From Deltaproteobacteria bacterium RBG_16_64_85 (GTDB lineage Bacteria > Desulfobacterota > Deferrimicrobia > Deferrimicrobiales > Deferrimicrobiaceae), in assembly GCA_001798885.1 (NCBI GenBank), contig MGQW01000086.1, positions 7,079 to 71,078 on the forward strand: a stretch of DNA of 64,000 bases, in the 5' to 3' direction. A program made the translations under genes and the position numbers. This document shows positions 19,092-30,228 of this stretch, piece by piece (within the stretch, counting starts at the first letter, position 1; every line of letters begins with the position of its first letter). The notes below the pieces were generated by a model. That model was given only the letters and a program-made list of their open reading frames with translations, did no database searches and had not been told where the DNA came from.

Positions 19092-20756
19092 GTGGACGTT
19101 CGTAAGGTCACGGAATCCCTTCTTCTTGCCGGAATAAAACGGAAATTGGCGGAATGGGGGGTGGTTTTGGAAGTCTCCGTTTCCGTGGAGATACCCCGAC
19201 AGGAGGAACACGGGGATTTCTCGACGAACGCCGCCATGCAACTGGCCCGGCCCCTTGGGAAAAAGCCGCGGGAAGTTGCGGGAGAACTGACGGAGGCGAT
19301 CCGCCGGGAAGACGACAGGGGCTGGATCGCCTCGCTCTCGGTCGCCGGCCCGGGATTCATTAATATCGTGCTGTCCAACGATGCTTGGAGGGAGGTCGTT
19401 GCGATTTCCCTCCGCAAGGGGGACCGGTTCGGTTCTTCCGACCAGGGAAAAGGGCAGAAGGTGCTGATCGAATTCGTGTCGGCCAATCCAACCGGCCCTC
19501 TCCACGTCGGGCATGGCAGGGGAGCAGCGGTTGGGGATGCGCTCGCGCGGATCCTGTCCTTCGAAGGGTACGAAGTCGCCACCGAGTATTACGTGAACGA
19601 CGTCGGCAACCAGATGGACAACCTGGGCCTGTCGCTCTACTCGAGATATCTCCAGGAGTGCGGTGTGGACGCGCAGCTCCCGGAGGACGGGTATCGCGGG
19701 GATTACCTGGTCGAGCTTGCGCGCGAATTCCACGGGGAGGTGGGCGACCGCTACAAGGCGACCCCCCCTACGCTGGCGCTGCCCGTGTTTCGCAAGGTTG
19801 CTTGCGAACGGATCCTCAACGGCATCCGGAAGGACCTGGAAGACTTCCGGGTGCGCTTCGATCGATGGTTCCGCGAGGAAACCCTCCACCGGGCCGGCGA
19901 GGTGATGGGCGCCATCGAGAAACTGCGGAGCCGGGGGCTCCTCTACGAGTCCGAGGGAGCCGTTTTTTTCAAGAGCGAGGCACACGGAGACGAGAAGGAC
20001 CGCGTTCTCGTCCGGGCGGACGGGAGGACGACCTATTTTGCCGCCGATATTGCGTACCACCGGCACAAGTTTCTGAAGGGATACGCGCGCGTGATCGACC
20101 TCTGGGGGGCGGATCACCACGGGTACGCACCGAGGCTGATGGCGGCGATGCGGGGACTGGGCGAGGACGAACTGCGCCTGGAGATCCTGCTGGTCCAGTT
20201 CGTGACCCTTCTCCGGGAGGGGAAAGCCATCCAGATGTCGACCCGTTCCGGCGAATTCACGACGCTCCGGGAAGTGCTGGACGAAGTGGGACCGGACGCG
20301 GCGAGGTTTTTCTATCTCCTGCGGAGTTTTCACTCGCACCTGGATTTCGATCTGACCCTCGCCAAGACGCAGTCCAGCGAAAACCCCGTATACTACATCC
20401 AGTATGTCCATGCCAGGATCTGCAGCATCTTCCGGGAAGCGGCAGCACGGCAAACCCCGTTGTCCGACCACCCCTCCCTTTCCTCCCTCACGCTGCCGGA
20501 TGAACTCGCCCTGATGAAAAAGGTGGCGCGCTTCCCGGACGTCGTGTCGGAGGCGGCGCACCTGCGGGAGCCCCACCGGATCCCCTTCTACCTGCTCGAA
20601 CTGTCGAGGGAGTTCCACGCGTTCTACCAGAACCACCGGTTTCTGGGGGAGACGCCGGAACGGACCCAGGGGCGGCTGGCGCTGGCGAAGGCGGTGAAGA
20701 CCGTCGTCGGCATCGGTCTCTCACTCATCGGAGTTTCCGCACCGGAGCGGATGTGA
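19092..20756 (+). CDS. argS: Arginine--tRNA ligase
   Basis: [73 protein letters not shown]. Confidence 0.98.
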   Translation: MDVRKVTESLLLAGIKRKLAEWGVVLEVSVSVEIPRQEEHGDFSTNAAMQLARPLGKKPREVAGELTEAIRREDDRGWIASLSVAGPGFINIVLSNDAWREVVAISLRKGDRFGSSDQGKGQKVLIEFVSANPTGPLHVGHGRGAAVGDALARILSFEGYEVATEYYVNDVGNQMDNLGLSLYSRYLQECGVDAQLPEDGYRGDYLVELAREFHGEVGDRYKATPPTLALPVFRKVACERILNGIRKDLEDFRVRFDRWFREETLHRAGEVMGAIEKLRSRGLLYESEGAVFFKSEAHGDEKDRVLVRADGRTTYFAADIAYHRHKFLKGYARVIDLWGADHHGYAPRLMAAMRGLGEDELRLEILLVQFVTLLREGKAIQMSTRSGEFTTLREVLDEVGPDAARFFYLLRSFHSHLDFDLTLAKTQSSENPVYYIQYVHARICSIFREAAARQTPLSDHPSLSSLTLPDELALMKKVARFPDVVSEAAHLREPHRIPFYLLELSREFHAFYQNHRFLGETPERTQGRLALAKAVKTVVGIGLSLIGVSAPERM

Positions 20757-21427
20757 AAAGCCTGTACAATAAAAAAGGGCAACGGCGGGGGGAGGGGGAA
20801 AGAAACCCGTTCGCCTTTTTCGCGATCGGCGCAATCGTCGTCCTTGCCGCGGTGTTCGTCATCGGGCTCCAGGTCGGGAGAGTCATCGAGAAGAGCTCTG
20901 CCGCCCCCGATGCCCAAGGGGGGAAGAACGCACCCTCCCCGGGGAGCCAGGGAGCGCCCCCCGTGGTCGCAAGCGACATCCGGAAGGACCTCGGCGCCTA
21001 TTCGGAGGAAGCAGTCAAGGTTCCCATTGTCCCGCCGCCGGACGCAAAGAGCACCGTGAACGAGGTCGAGAAGAAGCTCACGTTCCAGGAAACGCTGGCG
21101 AAAAAGGAACCCACGCCGGTTCCTCTCGTACGGGCGGCGCAGAAGGACAATACCGCCTCACCGGGAGGCGAGGCGGCGAGTGCCTCCGGCGCCAGGAAAT
21201 ACGTCGTGCAGGCAGGAGCTTTCCGGGAGAAGAGGACGGCGGAAGCGTACCGGAAGCGGCTGGACAAGGCGGGGTATGCCGTCCGGGTGGTCCAGGCGGC
21301 GAGGAAAAACGGGGAGAAGTATTACCGCGTGCTGGTGGGGCCGTTCCCCGACATCGAGGCGGCGAAAAAAGCGGTGCGGAGGCTCAAGGACGAGATGAAG
21401 ATCGACGCCTACATGATCCAGGGGTGA
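20753..21427 (+). CDS. SPOR-domain cell division protein (FtsN/DedD-like)
   Basis: N-terminal TM segment, Pro/Ala linker, SPOR YVVQAGAF...YYRVLVGPF; common argS neighbour. Confidence 0.88.
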   Translation: MKSLYNKKGQRRGEGERNPFAFFAIGAIVVLAAVFVIGLQVGRVIEKSSAAPDAQGGKNAPSPGSQGAPPVVASDIRKDLGAYSEEAVKVPIVPPPDAKSTVNEVEKKLTFQETLAKKEPTPVPLVRAAQKDNTASPGGEAASASGARKYVVQAGAFREKRTAEAYRKRLDKAGYAVRVVQAARKNGEKYYRVLVGPFPDIEAAKKAVRRLKDEMKIDAYMIQG

Positions 21428-21433
21428 AGAGGG

Positions 21434-22924
21434 ATGAGGATCTGTCCGACGAAAGAGGAGTTTCAATCCCACGCAAGGACGTTCTCCGTCATCCCCGTCT
21501 GGCAGGAGTTTCACGCCGATCTCGACACTCCGGTCTCCGCCTATCTGAAGATCTCGGCGAGGTTCCCGGACGACCACTTCCTCCTGGAGAGCGTCGAAGG
21601 CGGCGAGAAGTGGGCGAGGTACTCCTTCATCGGGTTTGATCCTTACCTTCGGGTTCGCGCGGACGGGAACAGGGTGGCGATCCGGAAGGGGGAGGTCGAG
21701 AGCGTTCGGGCGCTGGACGGGGATCCCCTGAAGGAATTGGCGGGGATCCTCTCCGGGATCCGGTACCAGCAGGCGACAGGTCTGCCGAGGCTTTCGGGAG
21801 GAGCGGTGGGCTTCATTGGCTATGACTACGTCCGGCACATCGAGAAGATCCCCGACACCCACCCCGCCGAAGGGGCGCCTGACGCGCTTTTCCTCTTCCC
21901 TTCCCGGCTGGTCATCTTCGACAACGTGAAGCACACGATCCTCATCGTCGCGCACGGCGAAGTGACGGAAACGGGGAGAGAGGAGGAAGCCTACGAACGC
22001 TGCTGCCTCTCCATCGAGGAGGTGCGCCGCATCCTGCAGGGGCCGCTCCCCTGGTCGGAGATCCCCCGCGGGCGCGATACGGGGAACCCCGTCTTCGACG
22101 TCCCACGCGATGCGTTCCTCTCGTGCGTTCGGAAGGCGAAGGAGTATATCCGGGACGGGGAGATCATCCAGGTCGTGCTCTCCAACCGGGCGCGCATGCG
22201 GACGGACCGCTCACCCTCGGAGGTCTATCGGGTGCTCCGCGCGCTGAATCCGTCGCCCTACATGTACCTGCTGAAGACAGGGGATTTGTCCATCGTCGGC
22301 TCCTCGCCGGAAATCCTCGTCCGCCTGGAAGGGGACCTGGTCCAGCTGCGGCCGATCGCGGGGACCCGCCCCCGGGGGGCCACGCCCGAGGAAGACCGGC
22401 GCCTGGAAACGGATCTTTTGTCCGACCCCAAGGAGATCGCCGAGCACGTGATGCTCGTAGACCTGGGCCGCAACGACGTCGGGCGCGTGGCGGAATGGGG
22501 AACGGTGAAGGTGGACGAGATGATGGCGGTGGAGAGGTATTCCCATGTAATGCACATCGTCTCGAACGTGGTCGGCCGGTTACGAAAGGGACTTTCCGCC
22601 TTCGACGTCCTCCGCGCCGCCTTCCCCGCCGGGACGGTGACCGGCGCCCCCAAAGTGCGGGCCATGGAAATCATCGAGGAGCTGGAGCCGTTCCGAAGGG
22701 GTATCTATGCGGGCGCGGTGGGGTATTTCGACCTCCAGGGGAGCATGGACTTCTGCATCACGATTCGCACCATCGTGATGTGGGGCGGCGAGGCCGTGAT
22801 CCAGGCCGGCGCCGGGATCGTCGCCGATTCGGACCCGGAAAAGGAGTGGGAGGAGATCCGGAGCAAGGCGCGGGTCCTCTTCCGCGCGATCGGGGTCGAC
22901 GAGGAGGGGAGGGGACGCGCGTGA
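21434..22924 (+). CDS. trpE: Anthranilate synthase component I
   Basis: [65 protein letters not shown]. Confidence 0.97.
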   Translation: MRICPTKEEFQSHARTFSVIPVWQEFHADLDTPVSAYLKISARFPDDHFLLESVEGGEKWARYSFIGFDPYLRVRADGNRVAIRKGEVESVRALDGDPLKELAGILSGIRYQQATGLPRLSGGAVGFIGYDYVRHIEKIPDTHPAEGAPDALFLFPSRLVIFDNVKHTILIVAHGEVTETGREEEAYERCCLSIEEVRRILQGPLPWSEIPRGRDTGNPVFDVPRDAFLSCVRKAKEYIRDGEIIQVVLSNRARMRTDRSPSEVYRVLRALNPSPYMYLLKTGDLSIVGSSPEILVRLEGDLVQLRPIAGTRPRGATPEEDRRLETDLLSDPKEIAEHVMLVDLGRNDVGRVAEWGTVKVDEMMAVERYSHVMHIVSNVVGRLRKGLSAFDVLRAAFPAGTVTGAPKVRAMEIIEELEPFRRGIYAGAVGYFDLQGSMDFCITIRTIVMWGGEAVIQAGAGIVADSDPEKEWEEIRSKARVLFRAIGVDEEGRGRA

Positions 22925-24540
22925 TCGCCGTCATCGACAATTACGATTCGTTCACCTACAACCTCGTGCAGTACCTGTGCGAGCTGGGAGCGGAGGTCAA
23001 CGTTTTCCGCAACGACGCGATTTCCGTCCCGGACCTTGCCGCGAGGAACCCCGCCGGGATCGTCATTTCCCCCGGCCCGGGAGGCCCGGACGACGCAGGA
23101 ATCTCTCTCGACGCGATCCGCGCTTTCTCGGACCGCGTTCCCATCCTCGGGGTCTGCCTCGGCCACCAGTGCATCGGGCAGGCCTTCGGGGGGAAGGTCG
23201 TCCATGCACAGGCGCTCATGCACGGCAAGACCTCCCGGATCCATCACAACGGGAAGGGGATCTTCTCCCTGCTCGAAAACCCGTTGACCGCGACGCGTTA
23301 CCACTCGCTCGCGCTGGAGAGGGCTTCGCTGCCGCCCGAACTGGAGGTCAGCGCGGAGTCCTCGGACGGCGAGGTCATGGGAGTGCGCCACGTTTCGCGC
23401 CCGATCTTCGGGGTCCAGTTCCACCCCGAGTCGATCCTCACGCAGTACGGCATGCGGATCCTCGAGAATTTCCTCTCCCTCATCGACCCGCAGCAGCCGG
23501 TTCTCCGGTGCTTCCGCAACATCCGAGAGGCGATCTCGGAGACGGCGGCGGGAAAGGATCTCTCCTCCGACGGCATGCGCGACGCCATGCGGATGATCAT
23601 GGAAGGGGAGGCGACACCCTCGCAGATCGCCTCCTTCCTCTCGGTACTCTCGATGAAGGGGGAAACGACCACGGAGATCGCAGCGGCCACCGACGTCATG
23701 CGGCAGAAGGCGATTCGCATCCACTCCCCTCCGGGGGAAGATGTCCTGGACACCTGCGGGACCGGCGGGGACCGCGCCGGGACCTTCAACATTTCCACGA
23801 CGGTGGCGTTCGTCGCCGCGGGGGCCGGGATACGCGTGGCCAAGCACGGCAACCGGTCCGTGACCAGCAGGGCGGGGAGCGCCGACGTCCTGGAGGCCCT
23901 GGGAATGGACCTCTCCGCGTCCGTGCCCGACGTGCAGAAGGCGCTCGACGAGGCCGGGATCACCTTCATGTTCGCACCGAAATTCCACGCCGCCATGAAA
24001 TACGCCATCGGACCGCGCCGCGAGATCGGAATCCGGACGATTTTCAACATCCTGGGACCTTTGAGCAACCCCGCCGGGGTGAACTGCCAGATGGTGGGGG
24101 TGTTCAGCGAGGAACTGGGGGAGACGTACGCACGCGTCCTGGCGGAGTTGGGACACCGGCGTGCATTTGTCGTCCACGGGACCGACGGGATGGACGAGGT
24201 CACCCTGTCCGCCCCCACGATCGTATGGGATGTCCGGAAGGGAGTCGTGAAGCGGTATTTATTCGACCCGAGGTCGGTCGGATTCGAATACGCCTCCCTC
24301 CAGGACTTGAAGGGGGGAGACGCGGCCACGAACGCAGGAATCCTCAAAGGGATCCTTTCGGGAGCGAAGGGGCCTGGACGCCAGGCGACTCTTCTCAACG
24401 CGGCGTTTGCCATCGTCGCCGGCGGGAAAGCCGAGGACGTCCGGGAAGGCATCGAGAAATCGGCCCTGTCGATCGACTCGGGGGCGGCGATGTCCCGGCT
24501 GAATGCGTTTCTCGATATCCTCGGGACCAAAGCGGCGTAG
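22921..24540 (+). CDS. trpGD: Fused anthranilate synthase component II / anthranilate phosphoribosyltransferase (TrpG-TrpD)
   Basis: GTG start; [29 protein letters not shown], then in the same frame [38 protein letters not shown]. Confidence 0.95.
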   Translation: MIAVIDNYDSFTYNLVQYLCELGAEVNVFRNDAISVPDLAARNPAGIVISPGPGGPDDAGISLDAIRAFSDRVPILGVCLGHQCIGQAFGGKVVHAQALMHGKTSRIHHNGKGIFSLLENPLTATRYHSLALERASLPPELEVSAESSDGEVMGVRHVSRPIFGVQFHPESILTQYGMRILENFLSLIDPQQPVLRCFRNIREAISETAAGKDLSSDGMRDAMRMIMEGEATPSQIASFLSVLSMKGETTTEIAAATDVMRQKAIRIHSPPGEDVLDTCGTGGDRAGTFNISTTVAFVAAGAGIRVAKHGNRSVTSRAGSADVLEALGMDLSASVPDVQKALDEAGITFMFAPKFHAAMKYAIGPRREIGIRTIFNILGPLSNPAGVNCQMVGVFSEELGETYARVLAELGHRRAFVVHGTDGMDEVTLSAPTIVWDVRKGVVKRYLFDPRSVGFEYASLQDLKGGDAATNAGILKGILSGAKGPGRQATLLNAAFAIVAGGKAEDVREGIEKSALSIDSGAAMSRLNAFLDILGTKAA

Positions 24541-24543
24541 CGC

Positions 24544-25344
24544 GTGACTAGGATTTCCTTTCTGGAAAGAATCCTCAAGGGTGTCCGGGAGGAGCTGGAA
24601 GGGAGGAAAGCCGCCGCCCCGTTTGCCGACGTGGCGGAGCGCGCCCGGCGGAACGTCCGGAGACGCGACCTCCGTGAGAGGTTGAAGGATGCCCCGGGAA
24701 TCATCGCGGAGATCAAGCGTGCCTCACCATCGAAGGGGTGGATCCGGAAGGACCTCGACGCGGCTGAGACGGCGCGGGCGTACGCGCGCGGAGGGGCGTG
24801 CGCCGTTTCCGTCCTGACGGAGGGCCGTTTCTTCAGGGGGTCGCTCGCGGACCTGTCGTCGGCGAGCGACGCATGCGGAACCGTCCCGGCGCTCCGGAAA
24901 GACTTCCTTCTCGACGAATACATGATCGCGGAATCCCGGGCACACGGGGCCGACCTCGTCCTGCTGATCGTGGCCGTCCTCGGGAAAGAGACCGAAAGAA
25001 TGATCCGGGCTGCGGCCAAGTACGGCATGGAGGCCCTCGTCGAGGTGCACAACGAGAAGGAAATGGCGCTGGCGGCAGGCGCAGGCGCCACGATCATCGG
25101 GATCAATAACCGGGACCTTTCGACCCTGCGTGTCGATCTGGATACTTCAAGACGCCTGCTTCCCCTGGCGCCGAGGAACACCGTGAAGGTGGTGGAGAGC
25201 GGGATCTCCTCTCCCTCCGATGTGCGACGGTTTCATGCGCTGGGCGCGGACGCGTTACTGATCGGGGAAACGCTGGTCCGGTCCGGTGACCCGGGGGAAG
25301 CGGTGCAGACGATCAAGGGAATAACCAGCCGCCACTCGGCCTGA
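24544..25344 (+). CDS. trpC: Indole-3-glycerol phosphate synthase
   Basis: IIAEIKRASPSKG, SVLTE, LRKDF, LVEVH, IGINNRDL, ESGI. Confidence 0.97.
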   Translation: MTRISFLERILKGVREELEGRKAAAPFADVAERARRNVRRRDLRERLKDAPGIIAEIKRASPSKGWIRKDLDAAETARAYARGGACAVSVLTEGRFFRGSLADLSSASDACGTVPALRKDFLLDEYMIAESRAHGADLVLLIVAVLGKETERMIRAAAKYGMEALVEVHNEKEMALAAGAGATIIGINNRDLSTLRVDLDTSRRLLPLAPRNTVKVVESGISSPSDVRRFHALGADALLIGETLVRSGDPGEAVQTIKGITSRHSA

Positions 25345-25358
25345 AAAGGAGCGGTTCG

Positions 25359-25454
25359 ATGGAAACGAAGATCCTCCCCAACCTTCTGGCACCGGAATCG
25401 GCGCACGCCATCCACAGCGAGGCGCTCGGGCGCCTTCCGAAGGTGGAGGCGTAG
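25359..25454 (+). CDS. Possible 31-aa small ORF inside the trp operon
   Basis: AAAGGAG SD then ATG; METKILPNLLAPESAHAIHSEALGRLPKVEA*; fills most of the trpC-trpF gap; no recognised homology. Confidence 0.35.
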   Translation: METKILPNLLAPESAHAIHSEALGRLPKVEA

Positions 25455-25463
25455 GATTTCCCC

Positions 25464-26102
25464 ATGTTCCGGATCAAGATCTGCGGCATCACCTCGGAAG
25501 AGGACGCGGCGATGGCGGCTTCCTTCGGGGCCGACGCCATCGGGATCAATTTCTACAAAGGGTCCCGCCGCCATGTTCCGATGTCCGAAGCGGCGCCGAT
25601 GGTCGCCGCGGTGCGGGGAAAGGCCATTCCCGTGGGTGTGTTCGTGAACGAGCTCCCGGAGGTCATCGAGGAGGTGTGCCGGACGTTACGGATCGAGGTC
25701 GTCCAGCTCTCCGGACACGAGCCTCCCGCTGTCGCGCAGCGTCTGTCGTTTCAGCGGATCAAGGCGGTCCATGTGCGGGATGGCTCGGAGCTGGCCGCAT
25801 ACGGGAGCTACCCCTGCGAGGCCTTCCTGCTGGATGCGGCAGTGAAGGGCGAATTCGGAGGCACGGGGAAGGCTCTTGATTGGGGAAAGATCGGGGGGAT
25901 CCACCCCGGGAAGCCATGGATCCTTGCGGGGGGTCTCACTGCCGGGAATGTCGCCGCCGCGATCCGCGCCTCCCGTCCCGATGCCGTCGACGTCGCCAGC
26001 GGGGTGGAAACCATCCCCGGGAAAAAGGACCCGATGAAGGTAAAGTATTTCATTAAGAACGCAACGGAAGAGTTTGATATTGCGGGAAAACATAAAATAT
26101 AA
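25464..26102 (+). CDS. trpF: Phosphoribosylanthranilate isomerase
   Basis: [46 protein letters not shown]. Confidence 0.96.
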   Translation: MFRIKICGITSEEDAAMAASFGADAIGINFYKGSRRHVPMSEAAPMVAAVRGKAIPVGVFVNELPEVIEEVCRTLRIEVVQLSGHEPPAVAQRLSFQRIKAVHVRDGSELAAYGSYPCEAFLLDAAVKGEFGGTGKALDWGKIGGIHPGKPWILAGGLTAGNVAAAIRASRPDAVDVASGVETIPGKKDPMKVKYFIKNATEEFDIAGKHKI

Positions 26103-27297
26103 ATATCCGGATAGCCTCGGGCACTTCGGCCCGTTCGGCGGCCGTTATGTCGCGGAAACGCTCATGACGGCGCTTATCGAGCTGGAGGCGGCCTACCGGA
26201 AGGCCGCACGGGACCGCCGGTTCGCCGCGGAGCTTGCCGGCCTGCTGCGGGATTACGCGGGGCGTCCGACGCCGCTTTACTACGCAAAGCGCCTGACGGA
26301 AAAAGCGAAGGGCGCAAGGATCTTCCTCAAGCGCGAGGACCTCGCGCACACCGGCGCCCACAAGATCAACAACACCCTCGGGCAGGGGCTTCTCGCCCTG
26401 CGCATGGGGAAACTGCGGATCATCGCCGAGACGGGGGCGGGGCAGCATGGGGTCGCGACCGCCACCGTCTGCGCGAAGATGGGCGTCGCCTGCGCGGTGT
26501 ACATGGGCACGGAGGACATCCGTCGCCAGGAGCTGAACGTGTTCCGGATGCGCCTTCTGGGCGCGGAGGTGATTCCGGTCGAATCCGGGAGCAGGACGCT
26601 CAAGGACGCGATGAACGAGGCGCTCCGGGACTGGGTGACCAACGTCCGGACGACCCACTATCTCATCGGATCGACGGCCGGGCCGCACCCGTACCCGATG
26701 ATGGTCCGCGACTTCCAGACCGTGATCGGCAAGGAGGCGAAGCGGCAGTTCCGTAGGGCCGCAGGCGGACTTCCTTCCGCCGTGGTCGCGTGCGTCGGCG
26801 GGGGGAGCAACGCCATGGGCATCTTCACCCCCTTCATTTCCGATAAAAACGTCCGCCTGGTGGGCGTCGAGGCGGCAGGCCTCGGCCTGTCCTCCGGCCG
26901 GCACGGCGCGACCCTTTGCCGGGGACAGGTCGGCGTTCTCCACGGCAGCAAGTCCTTCGTGATCCAGGACGAGGACGGCCAGATCCGGGAGGCGCACTCC
27001 ATCTCCGCGGGGCTCGATTACCCGGGCGTGGGCCCCGAGCACGCTTTCCTGAAAACCACGGGAAGGGCCGAATACGTCGCCGTGACGGACGATCAGGCGC
27101 TGGAAGGATTCGATCTCCTTTCGCGTTACGAGGGGATCTTGCCCGCCCTGGAATCCTCCCACGCAGTCGCTTTCGGGTTCCGTCTTGCACGCCGAATGCG
27201 GCGGTCCCAGACGATCGTCATCAACCTCTCGGGGAGGGGAGACAAGGACATCGGGATCATCGCCGGGCGATCGGGGGGGAAACGTGTCGCGAATTGA
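26074..27297 (+). CDS. trpB: Tryptophan synthase beta chain (start TTG 26074 or 26080)
   Basis: [27 protein letters not shown] (PLP Lys), [43 protein letters not shown]. Confidence 0.98.
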   Translation: MILRENIKYKYPDSLGHFGPFGGRYVAETLMTALIELEAAYRKAARDRRFAAELAGLLRDYAGRPTPLYYAKRLTEKAKGARIFLKREDLAHTGAHKINNTLGQGLLALRMGKLRIIAETGAGQHGVATATVCAKMGVACAVYMGTEDIRRQELNVFRMRLLGAEVIPVESGSRTLKDAMNEALRDWVTNVRTTHYLIGSTAGPHPYPMMVRDFQTVIGKEAKRQFRRAAGGLPSAVVACVGGGSNAMGIFTPFISDKNVRLVGVEAAGLGLSSGRHGATLCRGQVGVLHGSKSFVIQDEDGQIREAHSISAGLDYPGVGPEHAFLKTTGRAEYVAVTDDQALEGFDLLSRYEGILPALESSHAVAFGFRLARRMRRSQTIVINLSGRGDKDIGIIAGRSGGKRVAN

Positions 27298-28078
27298 CGG
27301 GACCTTCGCCTCCCTCAAGGAGCGCGGAGAAAAGGGACTGGTCGTCTACCTGACGGCGGGGGACCCGGACGGGCGCAACTCCCTTTCCTACTTCCGCGCC
27401 GCCGCCGACGGGGGAGCGGACCTCATCGAGGTGGGGATCCCCTTTTCCGACCCGATGGCCGACGGACCCACGATCCAGGCCGCCGCCCGGCGCGCCCTGA
27501 ACGCGGGGATGACCACGGCGCGCGCCCTTTCCCTGATTTCCGGGTTCCGCGGGACGCACCCCACGCCGGTGGTCATCTTCGGGTATTACAACCCGTTCTT
27601 CCGGTACGGCGCCAGGCGGTTCTGCCGGGACGCGCGCGCCGCTGGAGCGGACGGGATCCTCGTCGTCGACCTGCCGACCGAGGAATCCCAGGAAATGCTG
27701 CCGGAGATCCGGCGGGCGGGTCTGGACTGGGTTCCTCTGGTTTCCCCGACGAGCGGCCCCGACCGGATCCGCCGGGCGGTCGCATTAGGTTCCGGATTCC
27801 TGTACCTTATATCTTTGACCGGCATCACGGGGGCGCGGAAGGCGCTTCCGCCGGGAATCTCCGCGTGGGCAAGAGCGGTGAAGGAGCAGACCTCCCTTCC
27901 CATTGCGGTGGGATTCGGCATCTCCACGCCCGGGATGGCAAGGGCGGCGGCGCGAACCGCCGACGCCGCGGTTGTCGGAAGTGCCTGCGTCAAGGTCGTG
28001 GAGACGCGCGGCGCGTCACGGACCGGGCCGGACGCTCTGCGGCGGTTCGTGCGATCCCTCAAAAACGAATTGAGGTGA
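27284..28078 (+). CDS. trpA: Tryptophan synthase alpha chain
   Basis: GTG start; [41 protein letters not shown]. Confidence 0.97.
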   Translation: MSRIDGTFASLKERGEKGLVVYLTAGDPDGRNSLSYFRAAADGGADLIEVGIPFSDPMADGPTIQAAARRALNAGMTTARALSLISGFRGTHPTPVVIFGYYNPFFRYGARRFCRDARAAGADGILVVDLPTEESQEMLPEIRRAGLDWVPLVSPTSGPDRIRRAVALGSGFLYLISLTGITGARKALPPGISAWARAVKEQTSLPIAVGFGISTPGMARAAARTADAAVVGSACVKVVETRGASRTGPDALRRFVRSLKNELR

Positions 28079-28084
28079 CCAAAG

Positions 28085-28933
28085 ATGCCCATCCGGCTGT
28101 TCCGCAGAAAGGAAGAAGGGGAAAAGAAGACCAAGATCCCGGAAGGGATGTGGATCAAGTGCAACGCCTGCCTCGAGATCATCTACAAACCCGAGGTCGA
28201 GCGGAACCTGAATGTCTGCCCGAAGTGCAACTACCATTTCCGCATCCCGGCGATGGAGCGGATCCGTGCGGTGACCGACGAAGGGACCTTCCAGGAATTC
28301 GGCGAGGACCTCGAATCCGTCGACATGCTTTCCTTTACCGATACCAAGAAGTACACGGACCGGCTCAAGGAGGCCAAGAAGAAGACGGGAAGGAAGGAAG
28401 CGGTCATCACCGGAGCGGCGAAAATCAACGGGATCGACATCGTCCTCGCCGTCCTCGACTTCGAGTTCCTCGGAGGGTCCATGGGATGCGTGGTGGGGGA
28501 GAAGGTCGCCGTCGCCGCGGAGGCCGCGAAGGAACTTTCCCGCCCCCTCATCATTTTCAGCGCGTCCGGCGGGGCGAGGATGCAGGAGGGGACGCTCTCC
28601 CTCATGCAGATGGCCAAGACCAGCGCCGCCCTGGCCAAGCTCTCCGACGCCCGCATTCCGTTCCTCAGCGTCCTGACGGACCCGACCACCGGGGGAGTCG
28701 CGGCGAGCTTCGCCATGCTGGGGGACATCATCATCTCGGAACCGGGGGCCCTCATCGGGTTCGCCGGGCCGCGGGTCATCGAGCAGACGATCAAGCAGAA
28801 ACTGCCGGAGGGGTTCCAGCGTGCCGAGTTCCTTCTCGAGCACGGGATGATCGACATCATCGTGGAGCGGACACGGCTCAAGCCCACGCTCACCCAGGTT
28901 CTCCGGTTCCTGACGGCGCCTCCCGGGAAATGA
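28085..28933 (+). CDS. accD: Acetyl-CoA carboxylase carboxyltransferase beta subunit
   Basis: PEGMWIKC zinc finger, [39 protein letters not shown]. Confidence 0.98.
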   Translation: MPIRLFRRKEEGEKKTKIPEGMWIKCNACLEIIYKPEVERNLNVCPKCNYHFRIPAMERIRAVTDEGTFQEFGEDLESVDMLSFTDTKKYTDRLKEAKKKTGRKEAVITGAAKINGIDIVLAVLDFEFLGGSMGCVVGEKVAVAAEAAKELSRPLIIFSASGGARMQEGTLSLMQMAKTSAALAKLSDARIPFLSVLTDPTTGGVAASFAMLGDIIISEPGALIGFAGPRVIEQTIKQKLPEGFQRAEFLLEHGMIDIIVERTRLKPTLTQVLRFLTAPPGK

Positions 28934-30228
28934 CGGGAAGGATAGGTCCCGGGCGGCCGGAAGCGATCCAGCCGGGTCTCGAGCGGATTCTCGCGGCGTT
29001 CGAGAGGTCGGGGCATCCCGAACGCGCCTTCCGGATTCTTCACATCGCAGGCACGAACGGGAAGGGTTCGACGGCCTCTTTCCTCGAGGCGATCCTCCGG
29101 CGGCTGCCTGCGGGACCGGTTGGGCTGTATACTTCCCCCCATCTCCTTTCCCCCGAGGAGAGGATCCGCATCGACGGCGAGAACATCCCCGCCGAATCGC
29201 TGCACCATGCGCTCCGGAGGGCATCGGTGCTGTCGCGCGAGGTGGCGGAAGCCTGCGGCGGCATGCTTTCCTATTTCGAGGAGATGACCTGGGCGGCGTG
29301 CGACTGGTTCCGGAGGAGAAAGGCGCCCCTGGTGGTCATGGAAGCGGGGCTTGGGGGCCGTTGGGACGCAACGAATGCCTGCGTGCCGGAGATTTCCGTC
29401 ATCACGACCGTGGGAATCGACCACAGGGAGTGGCTCGGGAAAACGATCCGGGAAATCACCGCCGAGAAGACGGGGATCTTTCGACCCGGGGTCCCGGTCC
29501 TCTTGGGCCGGCTGGCGTCCGCCGCGCGCGGTGTCGCCGTCCGAAAGGCGGAGGAGATAGGAGCACCGGTCTGGGAATTGGGGCGTCATTTCCGTTGGGA
29601 AGATTGCGGCAATAGGCGCATCCGCATCCATCTGCCCGGGCTCACGATCCCCGAAAATCGTCCAGGAATGGACGGCGATTTTCAACGCGACAACGCGGCG
29701 CTTGCCTGCGCCGCTGCTTGGCGATGGGCTTCGAATAGAGGGATGTCGGTGGAAGACTTCCGGCACGCGGCGAGAGAGGGGATCGCCTGCGCCCGCTGGC
29801 CCGGACGGTTCTCCCCGTTGCCGGGGAGAAAAAACCGTAGAGTATGGACGGACGGAGCGCACAACCCCCAGGCCGCCCGGGCCCTGGCGCGCGAACTGGT
29901 GAAGATGAAGTCGAGCGGAAAGTTCACCGGGATCATCGCGCTCTGGAGCATGCTCGGGGACAAGGATCTGTCCGGGTTCCTGCGGGAGCTATCCGGAGTC
30001 GTGGATGGATGGGTCGTTTATCCCATGGAACACGAACGTGCGGCTGCGCTGGGGGAACTTGCCGCCGCCTGCAGGAAAAGGAAGTTCCAGGCGCGGCAAG
30101 GATCCGGTTTCCGGGAGGGGTGGGAGATCGCCCGGCAGTGGGCTGGCCCCGGTGGGATGGTGATCGTTTGCGGTTCTCTGGCCGCGGTGGGGGAGGCGTT
30201 CCGGGCCCGCGTCGGGGGATTACCGTGA
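28930..30228 (+). CDS. folC: Folylpolyglutamate synthase / dihydrofolate synthase
   Basis: [40 protein letters not shown]; ATGA overlap with accD. Confidence 0.95.
   Translation: MTGRIGPGRPEAIQPGLERILAAFERSGHPERAFRILHIAGTNGKGSTASFLEAILRRLPAGPVGLYTSPHLLSPEERIRIDGENIPAESLHHALRRASVLSREVAEACGGMLSYFEEMTWAACDWFRRRKAPLVVMEAGLGGRWDATNACVPEISVITTVGIDHREWLGKTIREITAEKTGIFRPGVPVLLGRLASAARGVAVRKAEEIGAPVWELGRHFRWEDCGNRRIRIHLPGLTIPENRPGMDGDFQRDNAALACAAAWRWASNRGMSVEDFRHAAREGIACARWPGRFSPLPGRKNRRVWTDGAHNPQAARALARELVKMKSSGKFTGIIALWSMLGDKDLSGFLRELSGVVDGWVVYPMEHERAAALGELAAACRKRKFQARQGSGFREGWEIARQWAGPGGMVIVCGSLAAVGEAFRARVGGLP

Noticed and set aside
22123-22920. Apparent long N-terminal extensions on trpGD, folC (from 27865), lptD (from 29844), apgM (from 50441), the oxidoreductase beta subunit (from 53456), crt (from 59209) and cobO (from 62894)
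   Set aside because: These are stop-free alternative frames overlapping the upstream gene. The real starts with SD or stop/start overlaps lie downstream, so they are not fusions.
26074-26103. TTGATA-18-TATAAA as a trpB promoter
   Set aside because: It would initiate inside the trpB coding region, downstream of the likely start codon. Kept only as part of the AT-island observation.
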